DNA of 64,000 nt from Bacteroidales bacterium (GTDB lineage: Bacteria; Bacteroidota; Bacteroidia; Bacteroidales; GWA2-32-17): the NCBI GenBank assembly GCA_026416095.1, contig JAOAFV010000004.1, forward strand, positions 16,127 to 80,126, given 5' to 3'. This document shows, piece by piece, positions 45,427-55,670 of the stretch. The translations under genes and the position numbers were made by a program. The notes below the pieces were generated by a model. The model searched no databases and was not told the origin of the DNA. It worked only from the letters and a program-made list of their open reading frames with translations. The stretch's first letter is position 1. Each line of letters begins with the position of its first letter.

Positions 45427-46849
45427 TATTAAATTAACAAAAAAAATTGACTACTTATCGCTATCCATGTTTTTGTTTCTTGTACTTTTTGGATGGCTAA
45501 ATATTTTTTCATGTACTCACTTTGACGAAGAATTAAACATCTTTAAATTTTCTCATGCATATATAAAACAACTATATTGGATATTACTTGCTCTAGTTTT
45601 ATCTTTTTTAATACTTAATACAGATAGCAAGTATTTTGTTATAACAGCATATTTAATATATTTTTTAATATTATCGTTAAACATAGCAACTCTAATTATT
45701 GGTAAAGAAATTAACAATCAAAAAGCATGGATAATTATAGGTGAACTTAGAATACAACCTTCTGAATTTTTAAAAATTGCAACTTCTTTAGCACTTGCCA
45801 AATTATTAAGTCAGCATAATTTTAAACTACGTAAATTTAAAAACTTAATATTTATTTCACTAATTATTGGAATACCGGTTATTGTTATTCTTTTCCAAAA
45901 AGATACAGGAACAGCTCTAATTTTTTCTTCATTTATTTTTGTGCTTTACAGAGAAGGATTAAATAAATACGTATTATATCTGTTTATTTCAGCTATTTTT
46001 TTGTTTTTAATAAGCTTGCTAGTTGAATTCATTATAATTAATATCTTTGTTTTCCTTATTTTTGCATTAATCTACATATATTTCAATTTTAATCTAAAGC
46101 ACCTGTATTTCATACTGCTCTTAGTTTTAGTGGTGATATTTGTTAATATTTATTCGAGTAACATTATTAATTTTTTCGACATAAAAATTTCTAGAAACAC
46201 ATTTATTTTCTTTTGGAATATCACTTTATCTTTAATTTTAATATTCATTGCACTTCAGAAAAAAATAAAAAGTTTACCAATATTATGCATATATTACATT
46301 TTGACTATCTCCATTATTTTTTCAGTAAATTTTGTTTACAATAAAGTATTGTTACCACATCAAAAAGATAGGATCGATATACTATTAGGTAAAAAATTTG
46401 ACATTAAAGGAAGTGGGTACAACATTCATCAATCGCTTATTGCAATAGGCTCTGGGGGATTTTTTGGTAAGGGTTTTATGAAAGGTACTCAAACCAAATT
46501 TAACTTTGTTCCAGAACAAACTACCGATTTTATTTTTTGTACCATAGGAGAAGAATGGGGATTTATAGGCAGCTTTATATTCCTGATAATTTACGTTGGA
46601 TTTATTTTCAGATTAATATATATTGCCGAGCAACAAAGAGGTACCTTTAGTCGTGTGTTTGGTTATTCTTTGGTATCACTTCTTATGATGCATTTTATAA
46701 TAAACATAGGAATGACAATAGGACTTGTACCAGTAATTGGAATACCACTACCATTTATTAGTTATGGTGGTAGTTCACTTTGGGCTTTTAGTATTTTTTT
46801 ATTTATGTTTTTAAAATTCGACATGGATAAGTATAAATACTTAACATAA
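45407..46849 (+). CDS. rodA: Rod shape-determining SEDS peptidoglycan polymerase RodA
   Basis: IQPSEFLK, QKDTGT, GYNIHQSLIAIGSGG, PEQTTDFIF, PFISYGGSS. Confidence 0.95.
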   Translation: MIRNTNNIKLTKKIDYLSLSMFLFLVLFGWLNIFSCTHFDEELNIFKFSHAYIKQLYWILLALVLSFLILNTDSKYFVITAYLIYFLILSLNIATLIIGKEINNQKAWIIIGELRIQPSEFLKIATSLALAKLLSQHNFKLRKFKNLIFISLIIGIPVIVILFQKDTGTALIFSSFIFVLYREGLNKYVLYLFISAIFLFLISLLVEFIIINIFVFLIFALIYIYFNFNLKHLYFILLLVLVVIFVNIYSSNIINFFDIKISRNTFIFFWNITLSLILIFIALQKKIKSLPILCIYYILTISIIFSVNFVYNKVLLPHQKDRIDILLGKKFDIKGSGYNIHQSLIAIGSGGFFGKGFMKGTQTKFNFVPEQTTDFIFCTIGEEWGFIGSFIFLIIYVGFIFRLIYIAEQQRGTFSRVFGYSLVSLLMMHFIINIGMTIGLVPVIGIPLPFISYGGSSLWAFSIFLFMFLKFDMDKYKYLT

Positions 46850-46858
46850 AAATAGATT

Positions 46859-47290
46859 ATGAAAATAGCAGAAGTTACTTATTTAGGCGAATTAAGAACA
46901 AAAGCTGTTCATTTAGCATCAGGAAATACAATAATTACCGATGCTCCAATCGATAATCAAGGTAAAGGAGAATACTTTTCTCCTACCGATCTTGTGGCTG
47001 TTGCCGTTGCTAGTTGTGTTTTAACTATTATTGGAATAAATTCAAAAAACTCAAATATCGACATTACTGGTACAATAGCAACAGTAACAAAAACCATGAA
47101 TACTAATCCTCGACGCATAGGCACTATTCATGTCAATTTTAAATTTCCAAATATTAATTATTCAGAAAAACAAAAGCAAACTATTAAAAAAATTATAGAA
47201 ACATGTCCGGTTGTGCTTTCATTACATCCTGAAATAAAAAAACTTTTTACTCTTGAGTATAACGATGAAAAATTAGAAATAAACCTTTAA
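46859..47290 (+). CDS. OsmC-family protein
   Basis: TDAPIDNQGKGEYFSPTDL...ASC...CPV. Confidence 0.88.
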   Translation: MKIAEVTYLGELRTKAVHLASGNTIITDAPIDNQGKGEYFSPTDLVAVAVASCVLTIIGINSKNSNIDITGTIATVTKTMNTNPRRIGTIHVNFKFPNINYSEKQKQTIKKIIETCPVVLSLHPEIKKLFTLEYNDEKLEINL

Positions 47291-48579
47291 TGATTGGATG
47301 GCTTATATTAATAACACTATTCTTGTTAAGCATTTATGCCACCTATAAAATAAAATTTTTTTCAGAAAATTTTGAAAGTAAAACTTTAGCTTGTAGCGTA
47401 TATTTAATAAAAATATTTGCATCCGTCTTACTTATATTTATCTATACTAATTTTTACAAAACAAGATCAACAACCGATATTTTTAAATATTACGATGATG
47501 CTATAATACTGCATTCAGCTATAAAAAAAAATTATCTTGACTATTTAAAAATGATAACATCTATAAATGAAAACGACAAACACTTATACTCATATTATCA
47601 TAAAATGAATTTCTGGATAAAACCTTACGACTTTGAAATAATAAACGAAAATAAAACTATAATCAGATTAAATGCTTTAATTTTATTATTTTCTCATCAA
47701 AATTATTTTGTTCATGTACTCGTATTTGTATTTCTTTCGTTTTGTGGTCAGGTTGCTTTATTTAAATTTTTAAAACTACATAACCCACAATTAAATAAGT
47801 ATATTTTAATACTTATTGTTTTTCTTTTACCATCTGTTTTAATTTGGACTTCTGGTATACTGAAAGAATCTTTAATTTCATTCTCTTTGGGATTTAGCCT
47901 ATTATATGTTGCGAAACTACTTAATTCTCCTAATTTAAAAAATATGACCCTTTGCCTTTTTTTTTTATTAATCCTTCTATTTAGTAAACTTTATGTGTTT
48001 TTATTATTATTGCCACCTTTATTATCATACATAGTTAGCGCTAAACTGAAAAAATATACATTTTATAACTATTTAATTATTTGTACGCTATTTATTGTGT
48101 TATTCTTTAATAGTAAACATTTTAGTAAATATAACTTACCACAAATAGTTGTAACTAAACAACATAACTTTATAAACTTAACAAAGTCTGATAGCACAAT
48201 TGGTAGCAAAATAAATATTCCTATTCTTGAAGAAAATTTTCTATCCTTCTTAAAAAACACGCCTAATGCATTAAAAAATTCCATTTTCAGACCTTTTATT
48301 TTCGAAGCTCATAATGTATTAGCGTTCTTTTGTTCATTAGAAAATTTGCTTATTTCTTTTATACTTCTAATTATAATTTTTTACCCAAAAAAAATTCAAT
48401 TAGATAATCTTACAATGTTTTCAATATCATTCTCTCTCCTATTATTCACCTTAATTGGCCTAACAACTCCTGTTCTTGGTGCTCTAGTAAGGTATAAAGT
48501 ACCTGCATTCTCACTGTTTTGTTATGTTTTGATTAATCAAATTAATTTAAATAAAATAAAAAAATTAATTAAACTATGA
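47290..48579 (+). CDS. Polytopic membrane protein, possibly a GT-C-fold glycosyltransferase/polymerase
   Basis: About 10 TM segments; acidic first loop TDIFKYYDDA; LPSVLIWTSGILKE; LGALVRYK. Confidence 0.6.
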   Translation: MIGWLILITLFLLSIYATYKIKFFSENFESKTLACSVYLIKIFASVLLIFIYTNFYKTRSTTDIFKYYDDAIILHSAIKKNYLDYLKMITSINENDKHLYSYYHKMNFWIKPYDFEIINENKTIIRLNALILLFSHQNYFVHVLVFVFLSFCGQVALFKFLKLHNPQLNKYILILIVFLLPSVLIWTSGILKESLISFSLGFSLLYVAKLLNSPNLKNMTLCLFFLLILLFSKLYVFLLLLPPLLSYIVSAKLKKYTFYNYLIICTLFIVLFFNSKHFSKYNLPQIVVTKQHNFINLTKSDSTIGSKINIPILEENFLSFLKNTPNALKNSIFRPFIFEAHNVLAFFCSLENLLISFILLIIIFYPKKIQLDNLTMFSISFSLLLFTLIGLTTPVLGALVRYKVPAFSLFCYVLINQINLNKIKKLIKL

Positions 48580-49337
48580 AAAAAGTAGCACTAATAACAG
48601 GCGCGTCATCGGGAATTGGATATGAAACAGCTATAACACTTGGTAGTAACGGATATTATATAATAGCACTTGCAAGAAGGGAACATAGATTAATTGAACT
48701 AAAAGAAAAGTTAAAAAATTTAACCTTAATCCATATTATTAAGTGTGATGTAAGAGATTACAACGCCTTAAAAGACGAAGTGCAAAATATTCCTGAACAA
48801 TTTAGGCCCATTGATGTTTTAATAAACAATGCTGGACTTGCTCTTGGACTCGAACCTATACAAAATGTCACATATGAAAACTGGAACATTATGATCGACA
48901 CAAATATTAAAGGAGTTCTAAATATAACAAATCTCGTATTGCCTTTAATGAAAGACAGTAAAATAAAGCATATAATAAACATAGGTTCAATTGCTGCAAA
49001 AGAAGTTTATCCTAACGGAAATGTATACTGTGCTACAAAATCTGCTATTGATGCATTGTCTAAAGCAATGAGAATAGATTTGTTAAACGATGGTTTCAAG
49101 GTTAGTGTCGTTCACCCAGGCATGACAGAAACAGAATTCTCTATCGTAAGATTTAATAATGATTACGAGAAAGCAAAAAAAGTATACAATGGTATTATTC
49201 CTTTAACAGGCAAAGATATAGCTTTAGTAATCCAAGCAATTTTATCGTTACCTTCTCACGTTTGTGTAAACGAGATTTTAATAACGCCATCTGCTCAAGC
49301 AACAGCGACTGTGATTAAAAGAGAAACAAACACATAA
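48576..49337 (+). CDS. Classical SDR, YdfG-like NADP-dependent 3-hydroxy acid dehydrogenase
   Basis: TGASSGIG, NNAGLALG, YCATK, PGMTETEFS. Confidence 0.9.
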   Translation: MKKVALITGASSGIGYETAITLGSNGYYIIALARREHRLIELKEKLKNLTLIHIIKCDVRDYNALKDEVQNIPEQFRPIDVLINNAGLALGLEPIQNVTYENWNIMIDTNIKGVLNITNLVLPLMKDSKIKHIINIGSIAAKEVYPNGNVYCATKSAIDALSKAMRIDLLNDGFKVSVVHPGMTETEFSIVRFNNDYEKAKKVYNGIIPLTGKDIALVIQAILSLPSHVCVNEILITPSAQATATVIKRETNT

Positions 49338-49341
49338 ATAT

Positions 49342-50433
49342 ATGAACGAAATAAGAATTAATTATTATAAGCTTTTAACATTTGTTGAAGACATTTTTAT
49401 AAAATGTGGATGCAAACAAGAAAATGCTCGCATTATTGCAGAGGTATTAACCGAAGCTGAATTACGAGGCATACCATCACATGGAATTGTAAGAATTCCT
49501 GAATATCTCGACATGTATTACAAAGGTAAAATCAAATTAAACCCAGAGATTAAAATATTAAAAGAAACTAATACCACAGTAACTATAGATGCCGACTGTG
49601 GCTATGGAATGATTGCCGCAAAAAAAGCAATGGAAATTACAATAGATAAAGCAAAAAAAAATTATATATGCCAAACAGTTGTTATTAATTCAACTCATTT
49701 TGGTATAGCTGGCTACTATAGTTTAATGGCTGCTAAAAAAAAGATGATTGGCATATGCGGAACAAATGCTAATCCAATAGTATGCCCAACATTTGGTGTG
49801 GAAAGAATGTTAGGAACAAACCCAATTGCTGTTGCCATTCCAGCAAAATCGTATCAACCATTTGTTGCCGACTTTGCTACAACCCCCGTAGCTAGAGGAA
49901 AAATAGACCTATATGAAAGAGAAAACAAAAAGATACCAAAGGGTTGGATAGTTGATAAATACGGCAACGATACCGATAACCCATCGGCCTTAAAAGAAGG
50001 TGGTTGCCTTTTACCGTTGGGTAGTTATTACGAACTAGCAAATTATAAAGGTTATTGTTTGTCGGCAATTATAGACATTTTTTCTGGAGTTTTAGGAGGA
50101 GCTAACTTTGGACCTTTTGTACCCTCACAGATTGAATATATTAAAAATTCACGTGCTCCAGTTGGTAAAGGAATAGGTCATTTTTTTATTGCTATTAGAA
50201 TTGATGCATTTCGCTGCGAATCTGAATTTTTAGATGATATGGATTTATGGATTTATACCTTTAAAAATACAAAACACGCCGACAACAAACCTCAAGTGTT
50301 AATTCCGGGAGAACCAGAATATATCAATACAATTAATAACCTTAAAAACGGAATACCAATTAAAAAAGAAACTATTAATAAACTTTTACCCTATATAAAC
50401 AAACTCAATGTAGAAAATATTTTTGATATATGA
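49342..50433 (+). CDS. Ldh_2-family (malate/L-lactate/L-sulfolactate dehydrogenase-like) oxidoreductase
   Basis: RGIPSHG, STHFGIAGYY, GTNPIA, DFATT, YKGY, IPGEPE. Confidence 0.9.
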   Translation: MNEIRINYYKLLTFVEDIFIKCGCKQENARIIAEVLTEAELRGIPSHGIVRIPEYLDMYYKGKIKLNPEIKILKETNTTVTIDADCGYGMIAAKKAMEITIDKAKKNYICQTVVINSTHFGIAGYYSLMAAKKKMIGICGTNANPIVCPTFGVERMLGTNPIAVAIPAKSYQPFVADFATTPVARGKIDLYERENKKIPKGWIVDKYGNDTDNPSALKEGGCLLPLGSYYELANYKGYCLSAIIDIFSGVLGGANFGPFVPSQIEYIKNSRAPVGKGIGHFFIAIRIDAFRCESEFLDDMDLWIYTFKNTKHADNKPQVLIPGEPEYINTINNLKNGIPIKKETINKLLPYINKLNVENIFDI

Positions 50434-51392
50434 AAATTATTTTTTTTGGAAGCAATGATATTTCGGCAGCCCAAATTGAATGGTTAATTAACAACAATTA
50501 TAATGTTTCTGCAGTTGTTACTGTCCCAGATAAACCAGCTGGTAGAGGACTAAAATTAAAAAGTTCCGAAGTAAAAACATTAGCCATAAAATATAACCTT
50601 AAACTATTTCAACCAGAAGATTTACAAAATCAAGAATTCATTGCTGAATTAAAAAAAATTAATGCCGATATTTTTATCGTTACAGCTTTCCGTAAATTAC
50701 CCGAGGTAATATGGAAAATGCCACCTCTTGGTACAATTAATGTGCATTTTTCACTACTTCCTCAATACAGAGGTGCTGCTCCTATTAATTGGGCTATTAT
50801 TAATTGTGAAAAAAAAACAGGAATTACAATTTTTTTTATTAACGATAAAATTGATGAAGGCGAAATAATTGATTTTAAAGAGATAACAATACCAGAAAGA
50901 ATAACCTTTGGTAAATTAAAAGAATTAATGAAAAATGAATCTTTAATGTTTCTTACCAATACTTTAAAAAAAATAGAGAAAAATACCTTTGTACTTTCAA
51001 AACAAGAAGAATTAATACTGCCAAATACAACATTAAAAAAAGCACCAAAAATTAAACCAGAAGATTGTAAAATAGACTGGAATAAATCAGCAAAAGAAAT
51101 AGATTGTCTGATTAGAGGGTTAAGTCCTGAACCATGTGCCTTTACAAGTATATTATACAAACCAAAGAATAAAAAATTAATATTCAAAATTTACGAGTGT
51201 GAATGTATAGAAGGCGAACATAATTCAGATATAGCTAAAATAATATCAGATAACAAAACCTTTCTATACATAACGGCCAAAAAGGGGCTTATACAAGTTA
51301 AAGAATGCCAACTCGAAAATAAAAAAAGATTAAACATTAAGGATTTTCTTAACGGAGTAAGAAATACTGAAAATTATGAGATTATTTTATGA
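50430..51392 (+). CDS. fmt: Methionyl-tRNA formyltransferase
   Basis: [30 protein letters not shown]...IRGLSPEP. Confidence 0.95.
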   Translation: MKIIFFGSNDISAAQIEWLINNNYNVSAVVTVPDKPAGRGLKLKSSEVKTLAIKYNLKLFQPEDLQNQEFIAELKKINADIFIVTAFRKLPEVIWKMPPLGTINVHFSLLPQYRGAAPINWAIINCEKKTGITIFFINDKIDEGEIIDFKEITIPERITFGKLKELMKNESLMFLTNTLKKIEKNTFVLSKQEELILPNTTLKKAPKIKPEDCKIDWNKSAKEIDCLIRGLSPEPCAFTSILYKPKNKKLIFKIYECECIEGEHNSDIAKIISDNKTFLYITAKKGLIQVKECQLENKKRLNIKDFLNGVRNTENYEIIL

Positions 51393-52550
51393 AAATATTT
51401 TCTTTATGCTATCCCAAAAATTAAAATCTCGTTTTACTTTATCTGGTTTAAAATTGTCAGACTCTTGCAATTTTTCAATAATTTTTCGTTCTTCCTTGCT
51501 AATTTCAGAAGGTATGTAAACAATAACCCTTATTATCAGATCGCCTCGCGATGTACTATTAAAATGAGGTAAGCCTTTACCTTTAACTCTTAAAAGTTTA
51601 CCCGAAGGAGTACCTGGTTCAATTTTCACTCTAATTCTTCCTTCATCTAAAACAGGTACTTCTACCGCACTACCTAATATTGCTTGTGGAATTGAAATAA
51701 CTAAATTGTATATTAAATTATCATTTTCGTCTCTTATAAAATCAGGATGTTTTTCTTCTTCTATAACAACAATCAAATCACCTGGTATACCTCCACCTTG
51801 AGCTGCATTGCCCTTACCAGTATAACTTAATTGCATACCTTCACGTACACCAGGTGGTATATTAATTGTAATTATATCATCAATTTGTACTACACCACTA
51901 CCTGTACATTTACTACAACGATCTACAATTAATCTTCCTTTACCTCCACACGAACTACATACATTAGTAGTTTGAAAATGTCCGAAAAATGTTCTACTAA
52001 CTCTTGTTACATAACCACTACCACCACAAGTGTGACATGTTTTAAACGATGTTGAGTTTTTAGCTCCAGTTCCATTACAAGCATCACATTCTACTAATCT
52101 CTTAACCTTTATTTTCTTTTCTACACCTGTATTAATTTCATTTAATGTTAATTTAACACGTATTCGAAGGTTTGTGCCTTTTGTTCTTGTAGTACTTTCT
52201 CTACGAGAAGAACGACCACCAAATCCAAAATCAAAACCAAAATCGCTAAATATATCACTAAAATGTCTAAATATATCTTCGATATCAAAACTACTAAAGT
52301 CTTGAAATCCCCCACCTGCTCCTCCACTTAACCCTGCATGACCATATTGATCGTATATTCTCCTTTTTTCATCATCACTTAAAACAGCATAGGCTTCGGC
52401 TGCTTCTTTAAATTTTTCTTCAGCTTCTTTGTCTCCAGGATTCCTATCGGGATGATATTGTAATGCTTTTTTCCTATATGCTTTTTTTATTTCTTCCTTA
52501 GTTGCGTTTCGGGGAACTTCTAAAATTTCATAATAATCTCTCTTTGCCAT
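51387..52550 (-). CDS. dnaJ: Molecular chaperone DnaJ
   Basis: J domain with HPD, G/F region, four CxxCxGxG repeats. Confidence 0.98.
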   Translation of the reverse strand: MAKRDYYEILEVPRNATKEEIKKAYRKKALQYHPDRNPGDKEAEEKFKEAAEAYAVLSDDEKRRIYDQYGHAGLSGGAGGGFQDFSSFDIEDIFRHFSDIFSDFGFDFGFGGRSSRRESTTRTKGTNLRIRVKLTLNEINTGVEKKIKVKRLVECDACNGTGAKNSTSFKTCHTCGGSGYVTRVSRTFFGHFQTTNVCSSCGGKGRLIVDRCSKCTGSGVVQIDDIITINIPPGVREGMQLSYTGKGNAAQGGGIPGDLIVVIEEEKHPDFIRDENDNLIYNLVISIPQAILGSAVEVPVLDEGRIRVKIEPGTPSGKLLRVKGKGLPHFNSTSRGDLIIRVIVYIPSEISKEERKIIEKLQESDNFKPDKVKRDFNFWDSIKKIFS

Positions 52551-52561
52551 AAATAAATTTT

Positions 52562-53212
52562 TTATTCACCAACCACAACCTTTGCATAGCGTATAACTTT
52601 GTCGTAAAGTTTATAACCTTTTTGAACTACATCCACTACTTTATTTTTCATAGTCTCATCGGAAACAGGTAGCTTAGAGATAGCTTCATGTATATCTATA
52701 TTAAAATCAACATTCTTTTCACATATTTCACTTACTCCTTGTTGTTTTAAAAATTCTTTAAATTTAATATTTATGAGCTCTAAACCCTCTTTTATGCCCT
52801 CTATATTATCTGACTTTTTAACAGCATCTATGGCTCTTTCTATATCATCAATAATTTCAAGTAATTTTAGCAATACTCTTTCGCTTCCGTATTTTAATAA
52901 ATCTGACTTTTCGTTAAGTGTTCTTTTTTTGTAATTATCAAATTCAGCAGCTATTCTTAAGTATTTATCATTTAATTCAGCATAATTTTTTTCTAATTCC
53001 TCGTATTTACTTTTTATTTCGTCTAATTCTTTAAGTAACTTATTTTCTTTTGTTTTCTTTTTTTTAGCTATTTTTGTTTCTTTATCATCAGTTCCTGTCA
53101 TTTCTTCTTTTTCGTTGTTGGTAAGAGTATCCTTTTTATTTTCTTCTTTTTTTAACTGTTCTTCTTTATGCTCAATATTTACGGTATTTGTATTATTCAA
53201 GTTTTCTTCCAT
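52562..53212 (-). CDS. grpE: Nucleotide exchange factor GrpE
   Basis: [21 protein letters not shown]...VIRYAKVVV. Confidence 0.96.
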   Translation of the reverse strand: MEENLNNTNTVNIEHKEEQLKKEENKKDTLTNNEKEEMTGTDDKETKIAKKKKTKENKLLKELDEIKSKYEELEKNYAELNDKYLRIAAEFDNYKKRTLNEKSDLLKYGSERVLLKLLEIIDDIERAIDAVKKSDNIEGIKEGLELINIKFKEFLKQQGVSEICEKNVDFNIDIHEAISKLPVSDETMKNKVVDVVQKGYKLYDKVIRYAKVVVGE

Positions 53213-53237
53213 ATCAAAAAAAGTTTACACAAATTAA

Positions 53238-53252
53238 TCAAAGTTTTTGCCA
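53238..53252 (-). promoter_or_regulatory. Possible sigma54-type promoter of grpE-dnaJ
   Basis: Minus strand TGGCAAAAACTTTGA (TGGC-N7-TTGA), 25 nt before the ATG. Confidence 0.45.
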
Positions 53253-53263
53253 TTAAGATTATG

Positions 53264-53276
53264 TGACATATTGTCA
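53264..53276. promoter_or_regulatory. Palindromic candidate operator TGACA-TAT-TGTCA upstream of grpE-dnaJ
   Basis: Perfect inverted repeat; shares a 10-mer with the groES site; overlaps the obgE stop codon. Confidence 0.55.
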
Positions 53277-54275
53277 GTTTTCATTTAGTAATTGCCAAAG
53301 TTTATTAATCAACGAATTTACATTATACCCCGAAACAGAAGAAAAAACAACAAATGGTTCTTTTAACTTTTTACTCAAAACATTTTCTAATTCTTTTATT
53401 TCGTTTTGGCTTAATAAGTCTGCTTTTGAAATACCTATTATTCTTTTTTTATTTAATAATTCCTTATTATACATTTCTAATTCATGCAGTAAAATTAAAT
53501 ATTCTTTAAAAATATTTTCTGAAGTAACAGGTATAAGAAAAAGTAAAATAGAATTTCTTTCAATATGCCGTAAAAACCTATGACCTAATCCTTTTCCTAA
53601 ATGAGCACCTTCAATTATACCTGGCATGTCAGATATTACAAAAGAATAAATTTCATTTACTTTAACAATTCCTACATTAGGAACTAATGTAGTAAAAGGA
53701 TAATCTGCAATTTTAGGTTTGGCAGCAGTTATTGTGGCAAGTAAAGTACTTTTACCAGCATTTGGAAAACCAATTATTCCCACATCGGCAAGTAATTTTA
53801 ATTCAAAAATTACAGTAATTTCTTTACCTTCTTCACCCTTTTGAGCATACCGAGGTGCTTGATTTGTAGGAGACTTAAAAAAAGCATTTCCTTTACCTCC
53901 TTTACCACCTCTAAGAATAACTATTTCTTGGTCATGATAAGTAACTTCGCCCAATATTTTTCCACTTGCTTCGTCTTTAGCAATAGTTCCAAGCGGTAAT
54001 TCTATAATAACATCTTTACCATTTGCACCATTGCAATTATTCTTACTTCCGTTTTTTCCATTTCCAGCGAAAAAATGTTTTTTATATCTTAAGTGTAATA
54101 GTGTCCATAAATTACGATTACCTTTGATAATTATATTTCCACCATTTCCGCCATCACCACCGTCGGGGCCTCCTTTTCTCGTAAATTTATCTCTATAAAA
54201 ATGAACACACCCATCACCTCCTCTTCCTGATCTTAAAAATACTCTTATAGAATCAATAAAGTTTTCATTACTCAT
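53274..54275 (-). CDS. obgE: GTPase ObgE/CgtA
   Basis: GGPDGGDGGNGG, GFPNAGKST, YPFTT, DMPG, FLRHIER. Confidence 0.97.
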   Translation of the reverse strand: MSNENFIDSIRVFLRSGRGGDGCVHFYRDKFTRKGGPDGGDGGNGGNIIIKGNRNLWTLLHLRYKKHFFAGNGKNGSKNNCNGANGKDVIIELPLGTIAKDEASGKILGEVTYHDQEIVILRGGKGGKGNAFFKSPTNQAPRYAQKGEEGKEITVIFELKLLADVGIIGFPNAGKSTLLATITAAKPKIADYPFTTLVPNVGIVKVNEIYSFVISDMPGIIEGAHLGKGLGHRFLRHIERNSILLFLIPVTSENIFKEYLILLHELEMYNKELLNKKRIIGISKADLLSQNEIKELENVLSKKLKEPFVVFSSVSGYNVNSLINKLWQLLNEN

Positions 54276-54278
54276 TTT

Positions 54279-54866
54279 TTATTTAAAGTAATTTTTTAAG
54301 TGTTTACATATGTTTTTAAAGACATTTTCGATTGTATCTTCACCATTTATTTCAATAATGTTAATACCAATTTCTTTATAATAATTTAATACATCAATTG
54401 TTTGCTTTTTATATATTGCTAACCTGTTATTAATTATTTCTTCTGTGTCATCACCTCGCCCCTCAACTTTTGCTCTATGTAAAAGACGTTTAAAAATTTC
54501 CTTTTCCGATACAATTATGTTAATTATCACAGTTTCAGATTGTCTATGATGCTTTAGCATTTTATTTAACTCCTTTGCTTGGTTAAGAGTCCTTGGGAAA
54601 CCATCAAAAAGATAACCTTTAAATTTTTTCAATTTATTTTGTTCAATAAAAATTTCATCAATCATTCTCATTATTACATCATCGGGTACCAGTTCTCCTT
54701 TTTCAACATAATGCTTAGCCACTCTGCCCAGAATCGATTCCGACTCTATTTCTTTTCTTAAAATCTCGCCTGTCGAAACATGAAACAAATTAAACTTTTC
54801 TGCTAACAATTTAGCTTGAGTTCCCTTACCAGCACCTGGTGGTCCAAAAATAATTATATTTTTCAT
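54279..54866 (-). CDS. adk: Adenylate kinase (short, no LID zinc domain)
   Basis: GPPGAGKGTQ, STGEILR, GELVPD, DGFPRT, GRGDD. Confidence 0.95.
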   Translation of the reverse strand: MKNIIIFGPPGAGKGTQAKLLAEKFNLFHVSTGEILRKEIESESILGRVAKHYVEKGELVPDDVIMRMIDEIFIEQNKLKKFKGYLFDGFPRTLNQAKELNKMLKHHRQSETVIINIIVSEKEIFKRLLHRAKVEGRGDDTEEIINNRLAIYKKQTIDVLNYYKEIGINIIEINGEDTIENVFKNICKHLKNYFK

Positions 54867-54868
54867 AT

Positions 54869-55408
54869 TCAAAGCTTTTCTATATATATAGAACTTAAAT
54901 TCCTCGCATATCCAGAATAATCTAATCCATAACCAACAATGTATCGCGATGGTACTTTAAAACCTATGTAATCAATTTTTTGCTTTTTTATATAATTTTC
55001 AGTCTTCAAAAGTAGTGTTACTACTTTAATTTCGGCTGGTTCGTATTTTTTTAGCAATTCTAACAATTTAACTAATGTTTCGCCTGTATCAACTATATCT
55101 TCAATAACAATTACTTTCTTATTTTTAATATCTTCTGTTAAACCAATTAACTTTCTAACTTTTCCTGACGACCTTTCCCCTATATATGATTGAAGTTTCA
55201 AAAAAGTTATTTTATTTTTAATTTTAATATGTCTAATTAAATCTGCAGCAAAAATAAAAGCACCATTTAGAATGGGAATAAAAATTACTTCCTCGTTCTT
55301 ATAATCTCTATTTATTTGATTAGCAATTTTTTTTACAACTTTTTTTATTTCTTTCTCATTTATAAGTAATTCAAATTTCTTATCTATAACTTTTATTTCA
55401 GACAACAC
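54869..55408 (-). CDS. hpt: Hypoxanthine phosphoribosyltransferase
   Basis: ILNGAFIFAADL, VIEDIVDTGETL, VGYGLDY...RNL; GTG start. Confidence 0.95.
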   Translation of the reverse strand: MLSEIKVIDKKFELLINEKEIKKVVKKIANQINRDYKNEEVIFIPILNGAFIFAADLIRHIKIKNKITFLKLQSYIGERSSGKVRKLIGLTEDIKNKKVIVIEDIVDTGETLVKLLELLKKYEPAEIKVVTLLLKTENYIKKQKIDYIGFKVPSRYIVGYGLDYSGYARNLSSIYIEKL

Positions 55409-55468
55409 CTCTAAAATTTTTGTAAAGTTATATTTATTTTTTTTAATAAAAAAATTATTGAAAACTTT

Positions 55469-55578
55469 GAGACCTTAGCAAAACTACCTAAAAATAATTT
55501 TTTACAATTAAACAAAATTGAAAATCAATATTTTCCAAAATATTTAGAGACCTTTATAAAAGGTTTTGCAAAGTTCTC
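55469..55578. mobile_element. Degenerate MITE / internally deleted IS remnant with IS5-family-like terminal inverted repeats
   Basis: Left GAGACCTTAGCAAAACT vs reverse complement of right end GAGAACTTTGCAAAACC (14/17 identical); extra internal GAGACCTTTATAAA at 55547; no ORF inside. Confidence 0.55.
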
Positions 55579-55670
55579 ATAATATTTTTTTAAACGTAAA
55601 AACTATATTTCAATGTTGCAAAAATATTATATAAGAAATCAAAAAAATAGTAATTTGGCAAAAAATTTTT

